A stretch of DNA of 38,991 nt, taken from positions 1 to 38,991 of the IMG/VR virus record IMGVR_UViG_3300005512_000103. One strand, given 5' to 3'. A model generated the notes under the pieces. That model saw only the letters and a program-made list of their open reading frames with translations, did no database searches and was not told the origin of the DNA. Both the position numbers and the translations under genes were made by a program. This document shows positions 15,917 through 25,323 of the stretch, piece after piece (position 1 is the first letter of the stretch; each line of letters opens with the position of its first letter). This DNA comes from a virus. Taxonomy: Duplodnaviria; Caudoviricetes.

Positions 15917-16084
15917 ATGCCGAGCACGAAAAAGGACAAGCGCGTCATTTTCCTTACGACAGAGGAGGAATTGACCGCGATTGATGAGTGGCGCCGCCGC
16001 CAACCGGACCTGCCGTCTCGTGGAGAGGCTTTGCGCCGTATGGCGGCTCGCGTGATCGCCCAGGACAGCGCCGCCGCTGATTGA
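15917..16084 (+). CDS. Arc/Mnt-like ribbon-helix-helix regulator
   Basis: RVIF....EL.AIDEWRR.Q.DLPSR.EALRR signature; probably leaderless. Confidence 0.8.
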   Translation: MPSTKKDKRVIFLTTEEELTAIDEWRRRQPDLPSRGEALRRMAARVIAQDSAAAD

Positions 16085-16123
16085 CCTCTAGATATCAGGA
16101 CGCCTGAGCCCTATGTTGATGGT

Positions 16124-16399
16124 ATGCGCACTCTGATCGTCATAGCGGCGCTGCTGATCGCCGCCCCCGCGATAGCCCAAGGCTACCGGCTACCTCATGA
16201 CGGGTCGGTGCCGAACCCAGTCCCGTTAAACTACAGTCACTGCCTGTTGCTGATCCCGACCCCGAAGTGGGACGACGGGCGCCGGATAACGGTCCGAGAG
16301 ATCCGCCCGCCGCTTTCAGCTAATTTTGTGGGCCTGATCAATGAAATGCGTCGCCGGGGCCTTATCAGTCTTAGGCGGTGCGCACTTAAAGAGACCTAG
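16124..16399 (+). CDS. exported protein (moron)
   Basis: Signal peptide MRTLIVIAALLIAAPAIA|Q; TATGTT six nt upstream. Confidence 0.55.
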   Translation: MRTLIVIAALLIAAPAIAQGYRLPHDGSVPNPVPLNYSHCLLLIPTPKWDDGRRITVREIRPPLSANFVGLINEMRRRGLISLRRCALKET

Positions 16400-18234
16400 T
16401 ACCGCCCATTGAAGAGCGATTTCATCGCCTCACGGGCGCTCTCCATCAACTCTTCATCGCTCATGCTCTTGAAGTCCTGCGACGCACCCGCCTCTGGCGC
16501 CTGCGGCAAGAACTGCGAGAACTTCTCCAGATACGCTTTCGTCTCCGCAGGCAGCGCGTTCGGATCGCGCCCCTCGGCAATCCACTTCTGCGCGTTCCCC
16601 GGACCCCAGTTGTAGGCGACCAACGCCGCTTCGAGATCCCCGAACTCCTTGTGCATCGCAGTGAGGTAGTCGCGCGCGTGGTTCCGGGCGTCTTCCTCGT
16701 TCAGCAACTTCTCTGGATCGATGGGCTTGACGCCGTACCCAGGATCGCGCGCCGTGCTCGGCATCCCCTGATATGGCCCCTTGGCGCCCGCGTCGCTGAC
16801 CGCGTTCGGGTCGCCCCCGCTCTCCACCATGCGGAGATGATCCAGCAGCGCGTCGCTGACCGCCCCGGCCTTGGGGGCGCTGTCAACGATCTGCGGAGCC
16901 CCCACGGAAGCCCCACGAATGTCCGGCTGCGGCGGCGCCATGGTCGGGCCGCCCGCCTGAGCCGTCGCCCCGCCCTCGGGGCGCTGGCCCGACATCGATT
17001 CATAGGCCCCCTGAGACTCCGCCCGGAAGACATCGACCATCGCCTCTCTTGACCGCGCCTTCTGCTCGATGACTGCGGGAGAATCCCCCGGCTGCGGGAA
17101 ATAGGTCTGATAGTACCGGTCGAACTCAACCTCGGGGACAGCAGCACCGGAGTCTTTCCGCAGGATCGCGGAAATCCACTCTCTCGCCGCTTGCCGATAC
17201 TGTTGGAATTCAGTTGACGCCGTATAATTCCCAACGAACGGCAGCGCCGCTCTGCCGTGCTCTACGGCGCTGGCGGGATCAAAGGGCTCCCCGTCCACGG
17301 GAGCCGTCAACGCCTTCAGGTCGTCCTCGGCCTTGCGCATGCGAAGCGCGAAGCCGCCCGCTCGCGTCTGCGACTCCGTGAACGGGACCGGCTTGCTCGT
17401 GCCGACCACCCGCCCAGGCCCGCCGACAGACGCCTGCTCCACGCCACCTGATTCGTCGCCCCCCCGCCCCAAACTCGCGCGGGGGACAGCCACGGTCTGC
17501 ATGGTCCGGGATTCCGGGTCCCAAAGCTGCTGCATCACCACCGGGTCGCGGCGGTCGTACGGCTCTCCGACATTCTGCCACTCGCCCCCGACGAATTCTT
17601 GATCCTGGATGCGGCCATCCGCCAAAGATAGCGGCCGGCGAGACGGCGCCTTCGGATCGCCCGGCACAACGCTGGTTTCCACCAACTTTCCAAACGCATC
17701 CGGCATTCCGACCACGGCCATGGCCTTTTTCATCATGTCCGGGTTGTCGCCGAACAGGCTCTTGGCCGTCGCCTCGCGGTCGCGGCGCTCCCGCAGCAGT
17801 TGCTGGAACTGTTTGTCCGACGCCATCTTCTCCTTGAAACTCGCCATCATCGAGTCCAAAGCGAACGGCGCGCCATGCGGGGACTGTGCTGCGGTATACT
17901 CAAACGCGGCCGTCCCCGGCGGGATTTCCGGGATCAGGGGCTTCCCGGAATCCGGGTCGCTCCATGCCTTCACTCCCGTGTCCCCGGCATTCATGGCGAG
18001 AGCCAACGCTTCGGCCCGCTGTTGGGTCTGCATCGCCTGTTGCTGCTGCTGGTCCTGCATCAACTGTTGCCCGGCCCACGCCTGGATCGGACGTGCTAGC
18101 GCTTCGAGCGGATGGCGGACCGGCGCCGAACTCAGCCCCGATCCCATCATCGCCCGGGCCAGCGACGAATAGTCCGGGACCTGAGCCGCCGGGACGACGT
18201 TCATGCCAAGAGATTTTCCATACATCTGCGGCAT
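16396..18234 (-). CDS. ejection protein with C-terminal lytic transglycosylase (SLT) domain
   Basis: VESGGDPNAVS.AGA.G.YQ.MP.TA, ALVAYNWGPG, PAETKAY. Confidence 0.85.
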   Translation of the reverse strand: MPQMYGKSLGMNVVPAAQVPDYSSLARAMMGSGLSSAPVRHPLEALARPIQAWAGQQLMQDQQQQQAMQTQQRAEALALAMNAGDTGVKAWSDPDSGKPLIPEIPPGTAAFEYTAAQSPHGAPFALDSMMASFKEKMASDKQFQQLLRERRDREATAKSLFGDNPDMMKKAMAVVGMPDAFGKLVETSVVPGDPKAPSRRPLSLADGRIQDQEFVGGEWQNVGEPYDRRDPVVMQQLWDPESRTMQTVAVPRASLGRGGDESGGVEQASVGGPGRVVGTSKPVPFTESQTRAGGFALRMRKAEDDLKALTAPVDGEPFDPASAVEHGRAALPFVGNYTASTEFQQYRQAAREWISAILRKDSGAAVPEVEFDRYYQTYFPQPGDSPAVIEQKARSREAMVDVFRAESQGAYESMSGQRPEGGATAQAGGPTMAPPQPDIRGASVGAPQIVDSAPKAGAVSDALLDHLRMVESGGDPNAVSDAGAKGPYQGMPSTARDPGYGVKPIDPEKLLNEEDARNHARDYLTAMHKEFGDLEAALVAYNWGPGNAQKWIAEGRDPNALPAETKAYLEKFSQFLPQAPEAGASQDFKSMSDEELMESAREAMKSLFNGRY

Positions 18235-18241
18235 GACTACC

Positions 18242-19852
18242 TCACGCTGCGTTCATGACTTCGAGAGAAGCGGCGCGGACCGCCTCATACGCTGCGGGCA
18301 CCATCGTTGCCAACGGCTCCTGGTCCTCGAATTCGAGACCGTCGATCCAGATCCGTCCCGAGGTCGTCAACAGCGTGTAGACCGTATCGACGCCCTCTGC
18401 CTCGACCGCTTCGTCCGTATCCTCGACAAGCGTCCAGCGCCCATCGTGCATCACGGCATGGTTCGGGGCGACGTGGACGCCGCGATACCGCATCATTGGT
18501 TGACCCGCAGCAGCGGCCTCGATCACAGCACGGACGGCCCCGCCCTTGACCGCGTCACCGGGCCGAAGGTTCTCGATAGCCACCGGCTCATCCGGGGTGT
18601 CGATCATGGTCCCCGGCGCGAAGCACATGATCAAAGACCCGCCGATGGACGCCACCGCGCCAAGCCCCGCGTTCTGCCCGGCCTGCGCGTTCTGAGCGTT
18701 CGAGACCTGCGCATTGTACGCCGCCATGGTCGGGCTCACCACGTCGATGGGCGTGGGCTGCATCATCGTCGGAGAGCCGATCTGCGGCCCCCCAAGAAGC
18801 GCGGCCAGTTCGTTGAACCTCATGTTCCGGTCTTGGACCTGATTGCCCAAGTTCATCTGTGCGACCTGGTTCTCCAGTTGCGCCTTGGCCATTTCCTGGT
18901 TGAAATCCTGCGCCACCGCCGCGTTGTTCAGGTTTGCGTTTGTCACGCCCTCGCCGAACAAGGACGACCGAACGTCATTGCTTGTCGCGACGTTCTGGAA
19001 TTCCTCGCCCGCTCGGGCAGCGCGGGCTTGGTTGGTGAGGTTCGCATCCGTGACCCGCTCGCCATATCCCTGCCCCCGCAGGGCCAAGGCCATGTCCGTT
19101 AGGCGGCTCTGCTCCGCGCCCCCCGCGCCGACAGACCCCAGGGCAAGCGCCGTCGTCTGCTGGTCCTGTTGCCGCCCCAGCCGGTCCATCTCCGCCGTGT
19201 AGGCTTCCGAGCCGACCGGGATACCCTGATCCGCCAGACGCTGCTCGATACGCGCCCGCTGCAGGTCCATCTCCGGGCGGAGGTACATCATGCTCCCGCC
19301 GAACACCGCATCGCTGGCCCGTTGCGCCTCCCCGCCGAGGTCATTGACCCCCGGAAGTTGCTGCAGCCCTCGCGTGTCTACCCGCCGCTGGTACTCGCCG
19401 ACGGGGTCGGTAAAGCCTACCCCGCGCGAGTAGTCGCCCATGCCGGACGCATCGACGCCGTACCGCAGATCGCCGGCCTTGATGTCCTGCCCCCCGTTCA
19501 GGCTCGGCAGGCTGATGCCCGGATCGGTCGGCAGGTTGCTGAGTTGGTCGCCGCCCCGGCGCATCAAGTCGATTGCGACGCCTTCGCTGCCCTCACGGAA
19601 ATCCCGCTGGCCTTGGGTCTCCTGGACCTGCGTTACGGCGTGGTTCGGATCGACCTCGAACCGATAACGCTGGTCGAACGGCAGCGCGTTCCAATCGCTC
19701 TCCACCATGTCCTGCGGGCGATTGTTCTCGACGAAGTTGCCGTACATCTGGTTCCCATAGGGAGAGACGACGGAAACCCGGTTCGCTTCCGCCTGCGCCT
19801 CCGCAGTCTGCCCCGGATCAGGCGGCGGCGGCGCTTTGGTGCCCTTGCCCAT
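18242..19852 (-). CDS. ejection/pilot protein with C-terminal Hint domain
   Basis: MGKG..APPPPD start, Q/N-rich body; CFAPGTMI.TP...AIE.L.PGD.V, V.PNH, VYTL. Confidence 0.8.
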   Translation of the reverse strand: MGKGTKAPPPPDPGQTAEAQAEANRVSVVSPYGNQMYGNFVENNRPQDMVESDWNALPFDQRYRFEVDPNHAVTQVQETQGQRDFREGSEGVAIDLMRRGGDQLSNLPTDPGISLPSLNGGQDIKAGDLRYGVDASGMGDYSRGVGFTDPVGEYQRRVDTRGLQQLPGVNDLGGEAQRASDAVFGGSMMYLRPEMDLQRARIEQRLADQGIPVGSEAYTAEMDRLGRQQDQQTTALALGSVGAGGAEQSRLTDMALALRGQGYGERVTDANLTNQARAARAGEEFQNVATSNDVRSSLFGEGVTNANLNNAAVAQDFNQEMAKAQLENQVAQMNLGNQVQDRNMRFNELAALLGGPQIGSPTMMQPTPIDVVSPTMAAYNAQVSNAQNAQAGQNAGLGAVASIGGSLIMCFAPGTMIDTPDEPVAIENLRPGDAVKGGAVRAVIEAAAAGQPMMRYRGVHVAPNHAVMHDGRWTLVEDTDEAVEAEGVDTVYTLLTTSGRIWIDGLEFEDQEPLATMVPAAYEAVRAASLEVMNAA

Positions 19853-20276
19853 TGGCTTCTCCAATCCAGCGACAGTCTCGTCTCAACATTCCGTAGATGC
19901 AGGCATCATCCTTCGGATATGCGTGCTTCATCACGCCTTCGAGGGTGAACCCAAGGCGTTCACACATCCGACGTGCCGTCTTGTCCCGCTTGCGGTTGAC
20001 CGCAGTTACCCGCGCGCATCCGAGGGTGATGAACGGGTAGGCGAAAAAGTGGAACAGCGTGTTCTTCGTGGCCCAGTGCGGCGAGGTCGAGAAGATCGAC
20101 ATCTCGACGCTCTGCCCCGTGAAATTGTTGTAGATAACCGCCGCGATTGGTCGGCCCCCTCTGGCCACGCCGATGGCCTGACAAGTGCCGAAGCCGCCGG
20201 GGACGATTTCAGGCGGTAGGGATTTCTGGACCCAGTCCGCGAGCGCCCGATCTTGGCCGTATATGAGTTGGTTCAC
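19818..20276 (-). CDS. virion-module GNAT acetyltransferase-like protein
   Basis: YPF..LGC.RVT...ARRMCERLGFTLEG...YGMLR.DCRW. Confidence 0.8.
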   Translation of the reverse strand: MNQLIYGQDRALADWVQKSLPPEIVPGGFGTCQAIGVARGGRPIAAVIYNNFTGQSVEMSIFSTSPHWATKNTLFHFFAYPFITLGCARVTAVNRKRDKTARRMCERLGFTLEGVMKHAYPKDDACIYGMLRRDCRWIGEANGQGHQSAAAA

Positions 20277-21883
20277 AGCACCCCCCCACCCGGCTCATAC
20301 GCGAAATCAGTACTCCGCCAGACCAGCGTCTGGTTCTTCACCACCGCACGCACGTTCAGCGCCGCCGAGTAGCCAACCCCTGCCACCGAGATCCAGTTCC
20401 GGTATGTCGTCAGCCCGCCCGCCCACGGCGTCACGTTCCAAACCGCCTCGCCCCACGAAGCATCCGTGCCGCTCGAACCGGCAACGATCTGAGACAGCGG
20501 CTCCGCATCGTCATAATCAACCGCCAGGGCAACATTGATTGCAAGGTCCGCGTCGGTCTCCATGATCGGCCGGGCCATCGTCCACCGCTTCTGTTGCACC
20601 CGGCTGCGGGACATCTGCGAATAACCCGGCCGCGCATCCACTTGGATCGTGGACGCCAGCGTGGCCCCGTATTGGTCAAGCTCGATATCGGCCGGCGACG
20701 TTTCGTCGTAGCGGAGGACCAAGCCCTTTGACCACGGCGACTCATTCCAAATCGCTTCGTTCCAGGCCGCACCATCGACAGGGCCGCCGAAGTACAACCG
20801 GTCCTTGTAGAGCCACAGCGCCCGAACCTTCAGATTGGTGAACCGCGTCCATGCCTGCGTGTCCGTGTTCATCACGTAGAGATCAGTCGTCACGTCGCCG
20901 GACGACGGAAACACCCTTGGGATAACGAAGATCAACAGCGATCCGCGCGGGTAGTGCATGACTTTCCAGCCGTCATTGGCCCCGTAACTCTGAACGGCCG
21001 ACAGAAATGCCCCGCTGATCCGGTCCGATAGCGCCCGAGATTGCTGTGTCCGACCAACAGGAAGCGTCTGGTTCAGCGAGACCGCGCCATCGATGGTGAG
21101 CGCGATAATATCGCCGGCAAGCTTCGTGACCGCCCTGCGGTTGACCGGCGGCGCCAAAGGGTAAACGCCGACAAGAGACCAGTTCGAGGAATCACCGGGG
21201 TTCGACCCCGCGTAGACGATGTAATCCCCGCTCGACATCGCGATAACGATCAGGTCGTTGACGCCATCACCGGCATCGACGGTCAAGCTCTCGATCCAGA
21301 CGACGTTGCCGCCCTGTCTGCCGATATAGGTCAGATCGAACTTGTTCAGCACACCCGAGATCGCACTGGTGCCGCCATACCAGAACCATGGCTGCGCGCT
21401 CTCCCAAGCGTACAGACGGGTCCGGTGATGGATCGCCGCCACGATATTCGTTGCCGTCAGCCCCGACCCCGTCAGCGTGTTGTTCGACAGGGTGGTCCCG
21501 TCATACTTCTGCGGCGTGTCCGCGCCGTTGAAGAGCAACAGGTTCGCCCCCATCATCAAGCCCGACCAGTCGGAACTGGTGAAGCTCGATGACAGCGCCG
21601 TATAGACGCCCCCGTCCGTAACCGTGCCGATCTGAGCCCCTGCGGCAACGATCATCTTGCGTGTGCCGCCGCTGCTGAACTCAAACCCGGCTCCGACAGG
21701 GTCGCCCCCGCCGACACGCGAGAACACTTGCACCCCGCCGCGCACTTCAACTCGGTTTCGCTGCGGGACGAAATTGTCGAGTACAGCCGCCTCGGTTTCT
21801 TCCAACTGGTCAACTTGGTCCCGCGCGTTCCACCCCTTGACAGGGGCGGGGATGGTGTAGACGCGGGCCGTCGCCCCCATCAT
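20273..21883 (-). CDS. tail nozzle / DNA stabilization protein (P22 gp10/T7 gp12-like)
   Basis: PAPVKGWNARD, beta-propeller-like sequence; position after adaptor. Confidence 0.7.
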   Translation of the reverse strand: MMGATARVYTIPAPVKGWNARDQVDQLEETEAAVLDNFVPQRNRVEVRGGVQVFSRVGGGDPVGAGFEFSSGGTRKMIVAAGAQIGTVTDGGVYTALSSSFTSSDWSGLMMGANLLLFNGADTPQKYDGTTLSNNTLTGSGLTATNIVAAIHHRTRLYAWESAQPWFWYGGTSAISGVLNKFDLTYIGRQGGNVVWIESLTVDAGDGVNDLIVIAMSSGDYIVYAGSNPGDSSNWSLVGVYPLAPPVNRRAVTKLAGDIIALTIDGAVSLNQTLPVGRTQQSRALSDRISGAFLSAVQSYGANDGWKVMHYPRGSLLIFVIPRVFPSSGDVTTDLYVMNTDTQAWTRFTNLKVRALWLYKDRLYFGGPVDGAAWNEAIWNESPWSKGLVLRYDETSPADIELDQYGATLASTIQVDARPGYSQMSRSRVQQKRWTMARPIMETDADLAINVALAVDYDDAEPLSQIVAGSSGTDASWGEAVWNVTPWAGGLTTYRNWISVAGVGYSAALNVRAVVKNQTLVWRSTDFAYEPGGGVL

Positions 21884-21887
21884 GGAC

Positions 21888-22265
21888 TTACTCCCGCCCT
21901 TGGCCGGCGAGATTGTTCCCGCCCCCGATCAGCCTTTGGACCTTGGCAACGTCGTCCATGTTCAGGGGGCCGCCCAGATTCACGCCATGCTGTTTCTCCG
22001 CGAGAGCATAGGGCGCCTTGCGTTGCGTGAACCCGTGCTGCCCGCCGAGCATGTTGTGCACCGGGTCGGTGCCGATGTTGCCGGGATCGCGCGCGAGCTG
22101 CTGCGCGTACAGCATGTTCAGGAATTGGCCGGTCGTCATATCGTTCAGCCCAGTGCCGCCAGATCCCGCAGGGGCCTGAGAGTTCGGGCCGTAGGCGGGG
22201 AATTCCCCGGCCACAGGGGAAGGCGAGCCGAGAGCCCCGGCCATTTCCGAATATCGCTGGTTCAT
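21888..22265 (-). CDS. hypothetical protein
   Basis: ATGA coupling, in operon. Confidence 0.5.
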   Translation of the reverse strand: MNQRYSEMAGALGSPSPVAGEFPAYGPNSQAPAGSGGTGLNDMTTGQFLNMLYAQQLARDPGNIGTDPVHNMLGGQHGFTQRKAPYALAEKQHGVNLGGPLNMDDVAKVQRLIGGGNNLAGQGRE

Positions 22266-22999
22266 TGTCCGAATCCCGTGTCTGGTACGTTGCCGGCGCC
22301 GAGAAGAAACCGGCCTGATCGAGAACGCGCCATATTGAGCACGCGCCCCCCTCCATCACGCCCGCCCTCACGGCTGAACGCTTTGTCGAACAGGTCTTTG
22401 TAGCCTTGGAAGGCGAACCCCTTGGCCATCAGGAACCGCCATTGCAGGTCGTATTGGATCAGGTTCTCGGGGACGAGCCCGACATCCGTATCGGCGGCCC
22501 ACCGAGCCTGCCCGGTTCCATCGCTGGATGCGCACCACTGGTCCGAGATGTACTCGAACACGAGAGTGCTTCCGTCATCGCCAGCCCCCGGCGTCGGGTC
22601 GATAAACAACGGCGTGGAACCGCTGCCCTTCAGCCGGAATCGCTTTCTCGGACCGTCGGAAATGATGCCCGACTTTCGAACCTGCCATTCCTGCGGCGTG
22701 TACGGGCCTTGCAGGGGCCAGTAGTTGTTCCGGTCCCACCACGTTTCGTCGATGAAGCGGTCAAAGTCCGATGGCATGGCATAGTTCGCCACTCCATCCG
22801 AAAGCGTGAACGTGTGCTCGACTTGGAGCTTTGTCCACGGCCTCATTTTCGCCACTTCCCGACCCGAGGTCTGCGCGATGGCGAGCGCCTGCGCAATAGT
22901 CGGGTCCGGGTTCGAGACAACGGACGTGATGGCCGTCGGTGCGTTCATCACCGCGCCGATAACGCCCATTGCGTCCTGGACGATTGTGAGGAGGGTCAT
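22262..22999 (-). CDS. head-tail adaptor protein
   Basis: MTLLTIVQ, Y.MPSDFDR....TWWDR, FEYIS..W, WRF..AKG. Confidence 0.75.
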   Translation of the reverse strand: MTLLTIVQDAMGVIGAVMNAPTAITSVVSNPDPTIAQALAIAQTSGREVAKMRPWTKLQVEHTFTLSDGVANYAMPSDFDRFIDETWWDRNNYWPLQGPYTPQEWQVRKSGIISDGPRKRFRLKGSGSTPLFIDPTPGAGDDGSTLVFEYISDQWCASSDGTGQARWAADTDVGLVPENLIQYDLQWRFLMAKGFAFQGYKDLFDKAFSREGGRDGGGRVLNMARSRSGRFLLGAGNVPDTGFGQ

Positions 23000-23039
23000 C
23001 GACTTCCCCGCTCCCTTCGGATCAAACCGCCTACTGGCA

Positions 23040-23396
23040 TCAGGCCCCCAGGATGGCGATCCATGCGGAACTGGACACCCGACGGAACTCCGAAGCCGTG
23101 GTCGTGTCCAGCGACTCCGAAGCGCCACCGTTCACCGTCCCCCCATCATGCGGGTACACCGTCAGCGCGTTCGCGCCGCCGTTCTGGATGATGACCGCCG
23201 TTCCCGCCGGGACGTTCGCCGGAAGGATCGCGCCCGTCGAGGACGCCACCGTGCCGAACACGTTGACATCGTGGGCGATGGCGTACGCATCCGCAGCGGT
23301 GGAGCCGGCAGCGGTCAAGCCGGTGCCGATATCGCCCGCAATCGCCTTTGCGGAGCCGACCGGGATACCGGCGGCAAGAAGCTTGTTCGGATTCAT
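23040..23396 (-). CDS. small virion protein
   Basis: GLTAAGST.ADA, N.GANAL.VYP..G pattern. Confidence 0.6.
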   Translation of the reverse strand: MNPNKLLAAGIPVGSAKAIAGDIGTGLTAAGSTAADAYAIAHDVNVFGTVASSTGAILPANVPAGTAVIIQNGGANALTVYPHDGGTVNGGASESLDTTTASEFRRVSSSAWIAILGA

Positions 23397-24037
23397 TGGT
23401 CGGTCTCCTTTTTCGGGCGGCCGGGGCCGCGCCTGGGTGGTGCGGCGTCACCAGCCGCCATCTTCGCTTCCAACGCCTCCAAGCGCTCCAGGGCCTCGGA
23501 AAGCTGCGCCTTGGTCAGATCCTTCTCGGCGCGCTCACGGTCGGCCTCGCGAGCGTAGAATTCCGCCGCGTCGCGATCTTCCTGGAGCTTCACGTACGAC
23601 TGCGCCGCGATCCGGAGTTCACGCGCGCCCCGTCCCACCGCGTCCAACTGGCCGTCGGTCAGACCGGCGATGTCCTCGACCGTGCGGATATTGGCCGCCT
23701 TCAGATTCGCCACCTGCGCCTTGCTCAGACCGCCCCACATTTCGAGCGGGGTTCCGTCGACCGAAGGCTCTTGGTTCGACTTGAACGCCTGGTAATGCTG
23801 CGGCCAGCGGTCACGGTGCTCGTCCGTGACCTTCTGTACCGGGACGGCCTTCGCATCGCCGGGGATGAAGATCTGCACCACCTCGCGGTCGACCCACTTG
23901 ATGACGCCGTCCACCTCGACCCGCACCGCCATGGTGTCGAACTTCGGGAACGCCCCGCCCTTCTCGTGTCCGACGCTCTGAAACGTCCGACCGCCCTCTG
24001 ATGCGTTGAAGGACCGCACGTAGGCCACGTTTTCCAT
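23393..24037 (-). CDS. conserved head-module protein (HhH-like motif, coiled coil)
   Basis: GTPLEMW, NIRTVEDIA.L.D, RGPGRPKK tail. Confidence 0.7.
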   Translation of the reverse strand: MENVAYVRSFNASEGGRTFQSVGHEKGGAFPKFDTMAVRVEVDGVIKWVDREVVQIFIPGDAKAVPVQKVTDEHRDRWPQHYQAFKSNQEPSVDGTPLEMWGGLSKAQVANLKAANIRTVEDIAGLTDGQLDAVGRGARELRIAAQSYVKLQEDRDAAEFYAREADRERAEKDLTKAQLSEALERLEALEAKMAAGDAAPPRRGPGRPKKETDQ

Positions 24038-24040
24038 TCT

Positions 24041-24763
24041 CTAGGCTCCAAAATGTTTCCGATGCACTGCCGGCAACAGGCCGTCGCCGATGACTGCCAC
24101 CCGGCAGCCGGAATTCATGAGAGACGACGCCACGCGGGGCCAGGATTCGGCCTGCCCGGCAAGCCCTGGGGTCGTCGCATAATCCTCGCCGTCTTCCGTC
24201 GCCCTGACGGAGATAAGGCGCTTCACGCGGTCCTTGTGCGCGTGGCTACTCCCCGTGAACGAACTGTCCATGGCGACGATGCGGAGGTCGCGGTGGCCAT
24301 ACCCATAGGCCAGGTACGGCAGCCTCATGCCGACGGTTCGCCCGCCGGGCACGAACACGCCATGAAGTCCCATGGACTTGACCAACGGTCCTTCGCCGAT
24401 CCCCATGAGCGGGTGCCAAACCACCACGTCGAACCCGGCCAGCCGGTCAAACGTGTTTGGGTGACAGCACGACGCCAGAAGATACGTGACCCCTGGATGC
24501 GGGCTAAGTTCTTCGGCCACATCGGGGCGCATCTCGAACACGGCGCAGAAATCCGGGACCACGCCATGATCGATCAGAACGCGGTCGGCGCCATTGACCG
24601 CGAAAACCGTTCCTTCGATGCTGCCGATATGATCCGCCAAACTCGGCGCGGCCCCGCAAAGCGTAGCCACCCCAGGTCGAGCGGGCATATCGGCGAACAT
24701 CGGAAGGTCGCGGGCAACGCTGGAACGAATGTTCCGAAGAATTTCGCCCGTCGTTGCCCGCAT
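24041..24763 (-). CDS. DUF115/MptE-like (Maf-type) protein
   Basis: LCGAAPSL, VFAVNGA...L...G.VPD, YLLAS.CHP..FD, GG.TVG.R, MDSS; start uncertain. Confidence 0.7.
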   Translation of the reverse strand: MRATTGEILRNIRSSVARDLPMFADMPARPGVATLCGAAPSLADHIGSIEGTVFAVNGADRVLIDHGVVPDFCAVFEMRPDVAEELSPHPGVTYLLASCCHPNTFDRLAGFDVVVWHPLMGIGEGPLVKSMGLHGVFVPGGRTVGMRLPYLAYGYGHRDLRIVAMDSSFTGSSHAHKDRVKRLISVRATEDGEDYATTPGLAGQAESWPRVASSLMNSGCRVAVIGDGLLPAVHRKHFGA

Positions 24764-24791
24764 CGTGTGCGTGATCTGCAGCCGAGCAACC

Positions 24792-25310
24792 TTAGAAGGA
24801 GTCGGCATGCGGGTAGGTGATCTGCGCCAGAACGTCGGAGATCGTCGCCGTGCCGGTCGCGTTCGCCGCCACGCCGTGGATCTGCTCGAAGCTCGTCGGG
24901 GCATCGTCGAGGACGCCCGCAGTGCCCGACGTGTAGAGCGTCGAGTCCTGTGCGCAGGACGCGGCCACCTGGATCTGCACGCTGGACCCACCGCCCTCGA
25001 CCAAAACCCAGCCGTAGTAGCTGGCGGTGATGACGGTATCGCCCGCGTCGAAATCGCTGTCCCGACACGCGAACCCGACGCGCTCGCCGTCCTGCGCCAG
25101 CGCCGTGGTCAGGTGCTGGGCGTTGAACGACGTGTCGATGGCGACAGCCCGGTTCTTGATGATGCCCGAACCGGAGTCCAGGACATACATCCAAAGCGAA
25201 CCGTCCTGAGCCCGGACCGTCCGGCCCGGCTCCCATTCGGGGGTCTCGGTGGAAGCCAGTACCGGGTTCCACCCCATGGTGCCGTCGACGGCATACCACG
25301 TATTGGTCAT
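24792..25310 (-). CDS. capsid decoration/cement protein
   Basis: Directly follows capsid; YGW..V.G, LYTSGTAG.LDD, .I.YP. Confidence 0.7.
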   Translation of the reverse strand: MTNTWYAVDGTMGWNPVLASTETPEWEPGRTVRAQDGSLWMYVLDSGSGIIKNRAVAIDTSFNAQHLTTALAQDGERVGFACRDSDFDAGDTVITASYYGWVLVEGGGSSVQIQVAASCAQDSTLYTSGTAGVLDDAPTSFEQIHGVAANATGTATISDVLAQITYPHADSF

Positions 25311-25323
25311 GGCCTTGCCCTCC

